Source of the DNA: a phage
Reading direction: 5' to 3' (one strand)
Sequence record: PZ809289.1
Length of the DNA: 64,000 bases
Both the position numbers and the translations under genes were made by a program. Below are positions 43,242 to 52,085 of this stretch, piece after piece (position 1 is the stretch's first letter; each line of letters starts with the position of its first letter). The notes under the pieces are model-generated. The model did no database searches. It saw nothing but the letters and a program-made list of their open reading frames with translations, and was not told the DNA's origin.

Positions 43242-43269
43242 TATAAATACCTCCTATACTCAGGAGGTA
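43242..43269 (+). promoter_or_regulatory. Late promoter TATAAATA plus SD-sequestering hairpin upstream of e
   Basis: tataaata followed by inverted repeat CCTCCT...AGGAGG containing the SD. Confidence 0.65.
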
Positions 43270-43271
43270 TT

Positions 43272-43766
43272 ATGGATATTTTTGATATGTTACGCCTTGA
43301 TGAAGGCTGTAAATTAGACTTATATAAGGATACTGAGGGATACTATACTATTGGTATTGGCCAATTGATTACTAAGAATCCTTCTAAAGATGTTGCTCGG
43401 GCTGAACTTGATAAGCTTATGGGCCGGGTTTGTAACGGACGTATTACTATGGCTGAAGCCGAACAACTTTTTAACAGGTCGGTTGAAAATGCTCGTAGAG
43501 CTATTCTGCGTAATCCTAAATTGAAACCTGTTTATGATGTACTGGACGAAGTTCGTCGTTGTGCTTTAATTAACATGGTATTCCAAATGGGTGAAGCAGG
43601 TGTAGCTGGGTTCACTAACTCTTTACGTATGCTCCAACAGAAACGTTGGAATGATGCGGCAGTTAACCTGGCTCAATCCCGTTGGTATAAACAAACCCCT
43701 AATCGTGCTAAGCGCGTGATTTCTACATTTAAAACAGGTACTTGGAAAGCATATGAAAACTTATAA
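43272..43766 (+). CDS. e: Endolysin (T4 lysozyme E)
   Basis: 164 aa; [32 protein letters not shown]...[22 protein letters not shown] matches T4 lysozyme. Confidence 0.95.
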   Translation: MDIFDMLRLDEGCKLDLYKDTEGYYTIGIGQLITKNPSKDVARAELDKLMGRVCNGRITMAEAEQLFNRSVENARRAILRNPKLKPVYDVLDEVRRCALINMVFQMGEAGVAGFTNSLRMLQQKRWNDAAVNLAQSRWYKQTPNRAKRVISTFKTGTWKAYENL

Positions 43767-44151
43767 TGAATTTATCGCAGAGAATGTAATTCCTGCATCT
43801 AAAGAACTTTTGGCAATGTTCGAATCTGAAGAGTTCACTGAAGAACTGAATGAGAATCTGACCCAGGCCACTCCTCAGGTTATTCGCGTTCGTAATGCCC
43901 TTCAGACAGGCATGCAGGCTCGCGTCTCTAAGACTATGAAGCTGGCCTTCACCACTTCTAAAAATGAAGACTACGGTGATGGTATTGCAATGAACACTGG
44001 ACAGTATTATGTTGAGTGGAATGGCGAAACCGGTACTGCTAAGATTCGCCAAACCAGAGCAGCGGGTGGTAAAATGTTGGACATTAAACTGAACGTTAAA
44101 GAGAAAGACGTCGCGGCTTTGTTCAAGAATTGGATGAAGACCTATAAATAA
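43753..44151 (+). CDS. Internal-protein-like, leader [10 protein letters not shown]
   Basis: CTS-like N-terminus; adjacent to e where T4 carries ipIII/ipII. Confidence 0.6.
   Translation: MKTYNEFIAENVIPASKELLAMFESEEFTEELNENLTQATPQVIRVRNALQTGMQARVSKTMKLAFTTSKNEDYGDGIAMNTGQYYVEWNGETGTAKIRQTRAAGGKMLDIKLNVKEKDVAALFKNWMKTYK
44143..44150 (+). promoter_or_regulatory. Late promoter TATAAATA upstream of ipIII-like gene
   Basis: tataaata adjacent to early promoter. Confidence 0.45.
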
Positions 44152-44180
44152 GTTTACATCTCCTAGAATTGTGATAGTAT
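44152..44180 (+). promoter_or_regulatory. Early promoter cassette
   Basis: GTTTAC, 17 bp, TAGTAT. Confidence 0.45.
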
Positions 44181-44233
44181 ATCTACAGTTACTTGAACAG
44201 ACCAATTAAAATATTTTCCTTTAAGGAACCCGT

Positions 44234-44830
44234 ATGAAAACGTATAAAGAATTTATCGCCGAAGCTTCTGTAGGAAAGGTCCAAGGCATTAATAAAGATG
44301 AGTGGACTTACAAAGGAAACGGCGTTGACAACCCAGGAAACGGTTTTGACGCTAAAACAGCTCCTATTGAACGGTACTTGGCTACAAAAGCTTCCGACTT
44401 TAAAGCTTTCGCCTGGGAAGGACTTCGCTGGCGTAACGACCTAAATATTGAAGCTGATGGACTTAAATTTGCCCATATCCAAGATGTTGTTGCTAGTAAC
44501 TTGGACGCAGCTTTTGTTAAAGCTGACGGTGACCTTCGTCGCTGGAATTTAAAACTGTTCTCTAAACAGAAAGGTCCTGTATTTGTACCTAAAGCAGGTA
44601 AATGGACTATTGATAATAAATTGGCTAAAGCAGTTAACTTCGCTGGTCTTGAATTTGCCAAGCATAAATCCGCATGGAAAGGTCTTGATGCAATGACTTT
44701 CCGTAAAGAATTTGCCGATGTTATGGCTAAAGGCGGCTTTAAGGCAGAAATAGATACCTCTAAAGGTACGTTTAAAGACGCTAATATTCAGTACGCTTAC
44801 GCCGTTGCTAATGCAGCCCGTGGTAATTAA
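44234..44830 (+). CDS. Internal-protein-like, leader MKTYKEFIAE (ipIII-sized)
   Basis: 198 aa, CTS-like N-terminus, basic; late and early promoter motifs upstream. Confidence 0.6.
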   Translation: MKTYKEFIAEASVGKVQGINKDEWTYKGNGVDNPGNGFDAKTAPIERYLATKASDFKAFAWEGLRWRNDLNIEADGLKFAHIQDVVASNLDAAFVKADGDLRRWNLKLFSKQKGPVFVPKAGKWTIDNKLAKAVNFAGLEFAKHKSAWKGLDAMTFRKEFADVMAKGGFKAEIDTSKGTFKDANIQYAYAVANAARGN

Positions 44831-44854
44831 TAAAGCCGATACTTGATAAAAGTT

Positions 44855-44905
44855 GTTTACATCTCCTGTAGTCATGATACTATAGACCTATCAACTACAG
44901 GAGAT
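44855..44905 (+). promoter_or_regulatory. Early promoter cassette with flanking IR, upstream of denV
   Basis: Arms ATCTCCTGTAG/CTACAGGAGAT; second arm contains SD. Confidence 0.6.
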
Positions 44906-44910
44906 TAAAA

Positions 44911-45318
44911 ATGACTCGTATCAACCTTACCTTAGTATCTGAATTGGCTGACCAACACTTAATGGCTGAATATCGTGAATTACCACGTGTTTTCGGTGCA
45001 GTTCGTGAACGTATTGCCAAAGGGCAAGGCTTCTCTGATATCCCTAAAGACTTCCGCCTTGGTTCAGGGCACGTCAAGTTCTTTTATGACAAAATTGGTT
45101 TTTTGTTCTTGCGACAAAATGCAATAATTGAGGAACTTCTGAAGCGTGGTTACCAGATTCAAAATACCCATGTAGACGTAGCGGATATTCCATTACGGCT
45201 TATGAACGATTTCACTCCAACCGAAGCTGATATAGCTTTAAGCCAAGCTCGTCTGGATGAAAAAATTGCACAGCGTCCTACCTGGTACAAACATTATGGC
45301 AAGGCTATTTACGCTTAA
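44911..45318 (+). CDS. denV: Endonuclease V (pyrimidine dimer glycosylase) DenV
   Basis: 135 aa; [32 protein letters not shown]...[26 protein letters not shown] near-identical to T4 DenV. Confidence 0.95.
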   Translation: MTRINLTLVSELADQHLMAEYRELPRVFGAVRERIAKGQGFSDIPKDFRLGSGHVKFFYDKIGFLFLRQNAIIEELLKRGYQIQNTHVDVADIPLRLMNDFTPTEADIALSQARLDEKIAQRPTWYKHYGKAIYA

Positions 45319-45361
45319 TTAAATCCGTGATAGAATACTTCTATCAACTTAAGGAATAACA

Positions 45362-45661
45362 ATGAAAACTTATCAAGAATTTATCACAGAAGCCAAAGCT
45401 CCTAAAGCATTTCAAATTGGAGTTCAAGGCAATTTAGACCAAGAATATGTTGATGCTATTGTAGCAAGCCTCGGTAAACAGGGCGTACAAGTCGATTTTG
45501 TTGATTTTACCAAAGGTAATACTTTTAATATTGTTACATCTAAAGGTTCTTTAGCTAAAGTTAAAAAGGCCTTTGGCGTAGCACAAGCATATGAAATCGA
45601 CCACTCCGAATTAGAAAATAAAGGTCGCCAGAACACAATTAGAGGTTCTGGTTCTTTCTAA
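45362..45661 (+). CDS. Internal-protein-like, leader MKTYQEFITE
   Basis: CTS-like N-terminus. Confidence 0.55.
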   Translation: MKTYQEFITEAKAPKAFQIGVQGNLDQEYVDAIVASLGKQGVQVDFVDFTKGNTFNIVTSKGSLAKVKKAFGVAQAYEIDHSELENKGRQNTIRGSGSF

Positions 45662-45765
45662 TAAAGGCAAGCCGGCCCTCTCCTCATGAACGTCTAGTCC
45701 TCTGGGTGATGAACCCAAGGATGAATTATGTGCCAAGGATTAGTCCATAACTTAAAGAGTCAAAA

Positions 45766-46125
45766 ATGAAAACATATCAGCAATTTATTACTGAATCTAC
45801 CCAACGTATTAACGAAGCTATGTCGCCTGAACAGTTGGCTAAAGCTAAAGAAGGCCTGAACCCATCTGAAGTTTTTAAAGTTACAGGTAAAGACTTTGCT
45901 TCTATGGCCACTAACCAAAGCCTGGCTAAAGAACTTAAATCTAAATCTAACTTCATTCATGCTACATGGAATGGTGATTCTCTTACTTCAATAAGTGTGT
46001 ACAATAAAAAAGGTCTCCTTAAGAGTTCTTATGGCGCGGATGCCATCCGTGTTTCTAAATCAGATTGGCATAAAAACACTACTAAAGCAGAAAAACCTCA
46101 TAACCCGGCACTAGACCATCTTTAA
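45766..46125 (+). CDS. Internal-protein-like, leader MKTYQQFITE
   Basis: CTS-like N-terminus. Confidence 0.55.
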   Translation: MKTYQQFITESTQRINEAMSPEQLAKAKEGLNPSEVFKVTGKDFASMATNQSLAKELKSKSNFIHATWNGDSLTSISVYNKKGLLKSSYGADAIRVSKSDWHKNTTKAEKPHNPALDHL

Positions 46126-46133
46126 GGCTTAAT

Positions 46134-46391
46134 ATGAAAACTTACCAAGAATTTATTACAGAATCCACTTTAGTTTCTAAACGTTGGAATATGATTGTAA
46201 ACGTTAAACCTTCCGGCACTGAAGTTTCTATGGCCGACCCTAATGATGACGAACTTGAGCACGCTTTTAGCTCTAAAGAAACTGACGAGAAAGTGGTTAA
46301 GCAACTGGTTGCTGATGCAGATCAACTTCGTAAAGTAGCAGATGTTGTTAAGCTGTTTACTAAGAAAGGTTTTAAACACGAAGAACGTTAA
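46134..46391 (+). CDS. Internal-protein-like, leader MKTYQEFITE
   Basis: CTS-like N-terminus. Confidence 0.55.
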   Translation: MKTYQEFITESTLVSKRWNMIVNVKPSGTEVSMADPNDDELEHAFSSKETDEKVVKQLVADADQLRKVADVVKLFTKKGFKHEER

Positions 46392-46507
46392 TTAGCATTT
46401 TAAATGGGAGCAACCTGGACCTCACAATTCTGTGAGGGACTCCCGCCAACCTGTAATAAGGTCGAGCCCAAGTGCGGTAATGGGTAAATGCAGAAAGGGA
46501 CGAATTA

Positions 46508-47068
46508 ATGTGCCAAGGAACGGCCCTCAAAGGAAATACTATGAAATTTTTAACCCCTATTTATCTAACCTTAATGCACGCCTTCGCTGAACGCGCCATT
46601 GAACGTTTAGACTCAGACCAATATACCTGGTATGAACCTACTTCACGAATGCAAGAGTTTGGTACTCTTCGTCTTGATGGCGGTCGACAAACGGGTAAAA
46701 CAAGTGCCATTGCGCAGTTTGCTGCGGATTGGGTTTCCAAAGGTAATGATGTGATTGTTATGTCGAGTTCTTCGCATCGCTCGCGAGAAATTTGTAATAT
46801 AATAAAACAGGTTTCTAAGGCACACCCACATCTCCAAGTCGAAGGTCCCGGTTTTGTTGTCTATGATACCGTGCGCAGTTTCCTTGATGAAGACAATTTC
46901 CATAAGTATCGTGGACTATCTGTTACTCGATTATTGATTATTATCGAAGAGCCAATGCGCCTTCCAACGATGGATAAGTTCTATGAAGCTTACCAGGTAA
47001 TGATTAATAAATTTATGTGCCAAGGCGACAAGCCTTTGCCTCTGTTCTTTGTGATAGGAATGCAATGA
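46508..47068 (+). CDS. Small P-loop NTPase
   Basis: Walker A GGRQTGKTS and Walker B-like LLIIIEEP; alternative start MKFLT at 46541. Confidence 0.55.
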   Translation: MCQGTALKGNTMKFLTPIYLTLMHAFAERAIERLDSDQYTWYEPTSRMQEFGTLRLDGGRQTGKTSAIAQFAADWVSKGNDVIVMSSSSHRSREICNIIKQVSKAHPHLQVEGPGFVVYDTVRSFLDEDNFHKYRGLSVTRLLIIIEEPMRLPTMDKFYEAYQVMINKFMCQGDKPLPLFFVIGMQ

Positions 47069-47361
47069 TGACCGATGAAGAACTTTTTGAGTTCTGTTAT
47101 TTCTCACGTAAGGTCCGAAGAGAGGACCTTACTGCAAATTTCGAATATGCTTATTTCTACCCACTAGAATACGTGTTCATGACAGGGCCCTTTAAGGGCT
47201 CTCGTTTTAGATGTCATGCTCCTAGTATCCGATTAATGAAACAGGTTCCTTACTTCACTCTCGAGTTCATCTCAGGGCCTTGTAAGGGTATTATTACTCG
47301 TAGTCTCTTGACTTATGACCAAGAGATTCATATGATTTCTGACTGGAAAAAATATGTCTAA
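47065..47361 (+). CDS. Hypothetical protein with internal repeat
   Basis: Repeat LEYVFMTGPFKG / LEFISGPCKG; ATG 47065. Confidence 0.45.
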   Translation: MMTDEELFEFCYFSRKVRREDLTANFEYAYFYPLEYVFMTGPFKGSRFRCHAPSIRLMKQVPYFTLEFISGPCKGIITRSLLTYDQEIHMISDWKKYV

Positions 47362-47572
47362 ATTGACAATTGAAGGCTCTGATGAAGCTCTGAAGATGTT
47401 TGTTGACTGGTTCCATGAACAAGGCGAGCATGGCTTTATGGAATGTTGGGATGGCGGACAATGGAATGGTAAAGAAACCGTTTATCCTAGCACATATATC
47501 TCTGTTCGTGGTGGATATGATGGGATTCATTTAGTTGAATATGATATTGCATCTGATGAGGAAGTGAAATGA
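47354..47572 (+). CDS. Hypothetical protein
   Basis: 72 aa ORF. Confidence 0.45.
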   Translation: MSKLTIEGSDEALKMFVDWFHEQGEHGFMECWDGGQWNGKETVYPSTYISVRGGYDGIHLVEYDIASDEEVK

Positions 47573-47847
47573 TTGAAGATATCAAGGGTTATAAACCGCA
47601 TACCGACGATAAAATCGGTAAAGTGAATGCTATCAAAGATGCTGAAGTTCGTCTTGGGTTAATGTTTAAAGCTCTAGAAGAAGAACATGTTACCTATTAT
47701 ATGAACTTAGATACCGAAGAGGTTTCTGAACAAGAACTAGACCAGGCTCATGAACGCATTACCCAGATTCGTAATGCAATTGACCGTCTTAAAGAAGCTA
47801 GTATGTGGGCTTGTCGCTCTGTGTTCCAACCAGAAGAAAAGTACTAA
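47569..47847 (+). CDS. Hypothetical protein
   Basis: 92 aa ORF. Confidence 0.45.
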   Translation: MIEDIKGYKPHTDDKIGKVNAIKDAEVRLGLMFKALEEEHVTYYMNLDTEEVSEQELDQAHERITQIRNAIDRLKEASMWACRSVFQPEEKY

Positions 47848-47851
47848 AGCA

Positions 47852-47902
47852 GTTTACATCTCCTGTAGGTATGATACTATAAACCTATCAACTACAGGAG
47901 AT
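47852..47902 (+). promoter_or_regulatory. Early promoter cassette with flanking IR
   Basis: Near-identical to denV cassette. Confidence 0.6.
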
Positions 47903-47909
47903 TACAAAA

Positions 47910-48367
47910 TGTCAGAAATTAATTCAGAAGTATTCATCCGCCGCAACAAATTACGTCGTCAGTTCGAAACCGAATTCCGTGAACTGAATGCGTCCATCAA
48001 AAAAGCCGCCATTAAGAGCGGAGTCCCAGCCTTCTTTATTAAGTACTCTAATCACTTGTTGGACCGTGCTATCCAACGTGAAATCGACGAAAAATACGTT
48101 TTTGCTTTATTCAAGCAACTCCATAACCATGTTAAAGAAATTCATGAATTTTTAATCCAGGAACCTCTACCTGATGTAGAATCCGAAATTGTCCCTGGTA
48201 AAGTGTATCGTCCATTGCGTCTCGAAATTACCGATAAAACCTTATGGCTAGGTATGACAGTAGACCGTAAACATCCTGATAAAGGATACTCATTAAAATG
48301 TCGTATGGCATTTGTTAACTCTAAACGTTTAGAAGGTAAAACCAGCACGAAAGTAATCTATCTTTAA
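47910..48367 (+). CDS. Hypothetical protein
   Basis: ATG 47910 (MSEINSEVF...) downstream of early promoter. Confidence 0.5.
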
Positions 48368-48379
48368 TAATGAGGTCTC

Positions 48380-48919
48380 ATGAAAAAAGTATTAGCCACT
48401 TTACTATTGACAGTTAGTATGTCTGCCTATAGCGTAGAGCCTACTTTCAACAGTGAGCAACTCGACAATTTGCATTATGCATATGCTTTCGGTGAACAAT
48501 ACCAAAAGTCGGGAAAGTTCAAAGAAACCCCTAATCAAAAAGGATTAGGATATATTATGGCCGGATTACTATGGCAGGAATCATCCGCCGGAATTAATCA
48601 AGGTTTAAATAAAGATAAGCACCATGCTTATGGCATGTTCCAAAATTACTTGCCTACGTTAAGAAGTCGTGTTCAACAGGTAGGTTGGAAGATGTCTGAC
48701 AAAGAAATAATTCGTATGGTCCAAAAACGACAGAACAGTGCCTCTTGGGCCTACATTGAGCTGTCTTATTGGATTGATGTTCACAAAGGTGACCTGAGAA
48801 AAGCGATTGCTTCTTATAATGCGGGCTGGAACGTCAAAGCAGGCAGTAAATATGCTTCTGAAGTTCTAGAAAAGGCCAATTATCTAAAATCTAAAAAGAT
48901 GTTTGAGGCGGTGTATTAA
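48380..48919 (+). CDS. Secreted lytic-transglycosylase-like (SLT-domain) protein
   Basis: 179 aa; N-terminal signal peptide; motifs WQESS...YGMFQ...SYNAG resemble the SLT family. Confidence 0.55.
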   Translation: MKKVLATLLLTVSMSAYSVEPTFNSEQLDNLHYAYAFGEQYQKSGKFKETPNQKGLGYIMAGLLWQESSAGINQGLNKDKHHAYGMFQNYLPTLRSRVQQVGWKMSDKEIIRMVQKRQNSASWAYIELSYWIDVHKGDLRKAIASYNAGWNVKAGSKYASEVLEKANYLKSKKMFEAVY

Positions 48920-49276
48920 ATGATTAAGCAGATGACTATAGCGCTTATGTTGATTGCTCCGGGAGTATTAGCGTCACAAGTTGGTGATAGTAATAATTCA
49001 ATTGTCGAGTATGCTACCCGTACAGCAAAAGATTATTGTCATCCGAGCAATACTGAATGCATTATCGAATTCAGTTCAAAAATCACAGCTGCTTTTAAAG
49101 ATGGCCAGAACGACGTAGAGCATCGCCGAATGAAAGAGAAAACTCTTTCTAAAAGATACGAGCAACGTCTAAACGTTACTGAATGTATTCCATCTGATAA
49201 AAAGTACAAAGAAATGTGCGCGTCTATGGTAGACAGACTCGTTGACTCATACAACCGAGGATTAAACTCTAAATGA
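48920..49276 (+). CDS. Small secreted Cys-containing protein
   Basis: 118 aa; signal peptide MIKQMTIALMLIAPGVLAS; four Cys. Confidence 0.5.
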   Translation: MIKQMTIALMLIAPGVLASQVGDSNNSIVEYATRTAKDYCHPSNTECIIEFSSKITAAFKDGQNDVEHRRMKEKTLSKRYEQRLNVTECIPSDKKYKEMCASMVDRLVDSYNRGLNSK

Positions 49277-49740
49277 TTATTGATTATATTAAGGGCGATA
49301 TCGTCGCCCTGTTTCTTCAAGGTAATAATGTTGCACACGGGTGCAACTGTTTCCACACAATGGGTTCAGGTGTAGCTGGGCAATTGGCTAAGGCTTATCC
49401 GCCTATTCTCGCTATCGATAAAACTACTTATTTAGGCAATTTGGCAAAACTTGGCACGTTTACTCAAGCTACAGGTAATAATGGCCAAATTTGCTATAAT
49501 TTATATACCCAATACGAACCAGGCCCTAATCTTGATTATGGTGCTTTAGTAAACTGTATGATAGAATTAAATCAACAAGCAAAAGGTCTTTTGTTTAAAC
49601 CAAGAATTTATATCCCTCGCATTGGTTGTGGTATTGCTGGTGGTGATTGGGACAAGGTTTATCAATTGATTAATTTGTTTACTCCTGATATTAATTTAGT
49701 GGTGGTAGATTATGAAAGCCCATTACCCGCATCCGTTTGA
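49273..49740 (+). CDS. Macro-domain protein (ADP-ribose binding/processing)
   Basis: 155 aa; GDIV...NNVAHGCNCFHTMGSGVAGQLAKAYP and IPRIGCGIAGGDW resemble macro-domain signatures. Confidence 0.55.
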   Translation: MIIDYIKGDIVALFLQGNNVAHGCNCFHTMGSGVAGQLAKAYPPILAIDKTTYLGNLAKLGTFTQATGNNGQICYNLYTQYEPGPNLDYGALVNCMIELNQQAKGLLFKPRIYIPRIGCGIAGGDWDKVYQLINLFTPDINLVVVDYESPLPASV

Positions 49741-49924
49741 CCCTAAAAACAAAGCGGAAATTATTCGACGCTGGACCGAAACACGAGTAACTAAATGCCC
49801 TATAAAAAGTCAACACAACACCGATAAATGGTATATTGGTGAATATGTTGAATATACTTTTATAGATAAAAATAAACGTAAACAGCATGTAGAAGAATAT
49901 TGCTTAAAGGTGCAATGGTTATGA
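49712..49924 (+). CDS. Small basic hypothetical protein
   Basis: 70 aa ORF. Confidence 0.4.
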   Translation: MKAHYPHPFDPKNKAEIIRRWTETRVTKCPIKSQHNTDKWYIGEYVEYTFIDKNKRKQHVEEYCLKVQWL

Positions 49925-50106
49925 GTCTGAGTAAAGAACAGAAAGATAAATTGTTTGAGCTTATCCATGAACTTCTAGATGAGCATGCAGAAGCAAATTC
50001 TTTTTATGATGAATATGGCCCGCTATCTCCCGAACATCAGGAAGAATTTGTCAATCGATTTGATGAGAAAGAAAACGAATTAATAGCTTATGTGAATACG
50101 CTTTAA
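49900..50106 (+). CDS. Small acidic hypothetical protein
   Basis: 68 aa ORF. Confidence 0.4.
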   Translation: MLKGAMVMSLSKEQKDKLFELIHELLDEHAEANSFYDEYGPLSPEHQEEFVNRFDEKENELIAYVNTL

Positions 50107-50115
50107 GAAGGTAAT

Positions 50116-50853
50116 ATGGCAAAGGAATTCCATTATAATTACTTGACTGTAATAAAAACCCATAAGGCAAATTATTACTATGTAGGTAAACACTCCACTG
50201 ATAATCTTTCAGACGGGTATTATGGAAGTGGTACGGTAGTTAAAAATATTTGTAAAAAGCATCCTTATAAAACTCGTATATTAGAATTCTTCGAATCTGA
50301 AGAAGAGGCGTATGCCGCCGAAATTCCTTTAGTTGAAAAGGCTAAATTAAAATATGGTAAGCATTCTTTAAATTTTGCTGATGGCGGAAGAGGTAAAAAG
50401 AAAGGAACCAAATTATCTAATTTAACTAAACAGAAAATGTCTAGGTCTAGAAAAGGAGTTAAATGGAGCAAAGCCAGAATAGAAGCTTCTAAATTCACCA
50501 CTTCTAATAAAGGTTTAAACCATTATTCCAATAGAATAGGATTTAGTGATGAGCATAAAGCTAAAATAGGATTAGCCTCTAAAAAATTAAAAGGATTTAA
50601 ACATAGCGCTGAAACCATAGAAAATATGAGTAACGCCAAAAAGGGCAAAAAGAATCCCATGTACGGTAAAAAGGGCGCTATGGCAGGAAAACCTTCTCCT
50701 ATAAGAAACGAATCTTGGAAATTTTACGATGAATTAAAACTCTTATGGGAAGAATCCAATAAGCCTTCAGCATATATGTTTAAAAAGATAGCTATAAGCA
50801 AAGGTTATCCTAATTGCTCTTATAGAGGAGTTGTATTTAAATGGCAAGCTTGA
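50116..50853 (+). CDS. GIY-YIG homing endonuclease (seg-like)
   Basis: 245 aa; YYVGKHS...YYGSG GIY-YIG motif; Lys-rich C-terminal region; 3' end overlaps tk start. Confidence 0.75.
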   Translation: MAKEFHYNYLTVIKTHKANYYYVGKHSTDNLSDGYYGSGTVVKNICKKHPYKTRILEFFESEEEAYAAEIPLVEKAKLKYGKHSLNFADGGRGKKKGTKLSNLTKQKMSRSRKGVKWSKARIEASKFTTSNKGLNHYSNRIGFSDEHKAKIGLASKKLKGFKHSAETIENMSNAKKGKKNPMYGKKGAMAGKPSPIRNESWKFYDELKLLWEESNKPSAYMFKKIAISKGYPNCSYRGVVFKWQA

Positions 50854-51413
50854 TGTTTCACTATGCGGCGATGAATTCCGGGAAAACCGCTTCATTGCTA
50901 ACGGCAGCTCATAACTACAAAGAACGTGGTATGGGCGTACTCCTTTTAAAGCCTGCGATAGACAATAGAGAATCAAGCCATAGCATTTCGTCTCGTATAG
51001 GGATTAGTCAAGAGGCTAATGCCGTGACTCCGGATATGGACCTATACGAGTTCTATCGTTGGGCTGAATCTCAAAAAGATATCCACTGTGTATTTGTGGA
51101 TGAAGCACAGTTCTTAGAACCTGCACAGATAAAACAACTGGCAAAGATAGTAGACAATTATAATGTTCCGGTTATGTGCTATGGACTAAGAACTGATTTT
51201 CAGGGTAAACTGTTTCCTGGCTCTGCTGAATTACTCGCTACAGCAGATAAACTCGTTGAGTACAAAGGTGTGTGCCATTGCGGCCGTAAAGCTACTATGA
51301 CGGCTCGTATCCAGGATGGTATCGCAATTAAGGACGGCGCCCAAGTTTCTATAGGTGGCAACGATTCTTACGTGTCATTGTGCAGGAAGCACTGGATAGA
51401 AATAACGAGTTGA
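50841..51413 (+). CDS. tk: Thymidine kinase
   Basis: 190 aa; P-loop AAMNSGKTASL; C-terminal Cys pattern CHCGRKAT...VSLCRKHW; matches T4 tk. Confidence 0.9.
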   Translation: MASLMFHYAAMNSGKTASLLTAAHNYKERGMGVLLLKPAIDNRESSHSISSRIGISQEANAVTPDMDLYEFYRWAESQKDIHCVFVDEAQFLEPAQIKQLAKIVDNYNVPVMCYGLRTDFQGKLFPGSAELLATADKLVEYKGVCHCGRKATMTARIQDGIAIKDGAQVSIGGNDSYVSLCRKHWIEITS

Positions 51414-51420
51414 GGGTATT

Positions 51421-51699
51421 ATGGACCTAAATTCAAAGATTTTAATTCTAGCGTTCGCTGTGGCCATTTCTTATATTGTTCTTTCGCCTATCATGGATGA
51501 TGTGGCTTACAAAAGAGAGATAGAGGTTGTAGCAGCGACGTATAATGCTAATAATAAAGAGTGTCCTAATAAAAATGGGATGGATTTAATTAAAGCGCAT
51601 TATATGCTTTCCATTACCTCGCCTATACAGAGGAATTGGGTTGAATATAATTTTAACGACGTGTTCTATTCTTATTGTCGTAAGCTTAAAAAGCTATAA
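51421..51699 (+). CDS. Small membrane/secreted protein
   Basis: 92 aa with N-terminal hydrophobic segment. Confidence 0.45.
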   Translation: MDLNSKILILAFAVAISYIVLSPIMDDVAYKREIEVVAATYNANNKECPNKNGMDLIKAHYMLSITSPIQRNWVEYNFNDVFYSYCRKLKKL

Positions 51700-51791
51700 A
51701 TAATAATACTAACCGTAGAGCTTTAGCTTTTGGTAATCGCTATCGGTTAAGGCCGAAAGGCAAATAGTATAAAACAACAAAGGACTTTTGT

Positions 51792-52085
51792 ATGGATATT
51801 TTCCGTACAGCGGCTTGTATCCTTATGGCGGGATGTTTAAGCCCTACAGTTTCACTAGCAAATAATACCAATGATAAATTGATGGATGCATTTGCTAGTA
51901 GTGCGATGCCTGTTTATGCGCAAATGAGTAGACCCAGCGTAAAGGCCTCCGAAGACTATTGGGCCTATGTTACGGCTTCCTGGAAGATTTCAAGTTGTCG
52001 GACTATAGAAGCGTGCTCAATTGAAGGTCGGGCCATCGGAGAGCGTTATGTAAAACTAATGAAGGTGGAAGATGAAGTTCAATGA
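51792..52085 (+). CDS. rI: Lysis-inhibition regulator rI-like
   Basis: 97 aa (T4 rI is 97 aa), N-terminal signal/anchor, motif C...ACSIEGRA resembling T4 rI CxxxxECIERGA. Confidence 0.6.
   Translation: MDIFRTAACILMAGCLSPTVSLANNTNDKLMDAFASSAMPVYAQMSRPSVKASEDYWAYVTASWKISSCRTIEACSIEGRAIGERYVKLMKVEDEVQ

Noticed and set aside
46392-46507. Group I intron or intron remnant in the GC-rich intergenic region
   Set aside because: Only ~115 bp, far too short for a group I core, and no interrupted gene on either side; more likely a structured leader.
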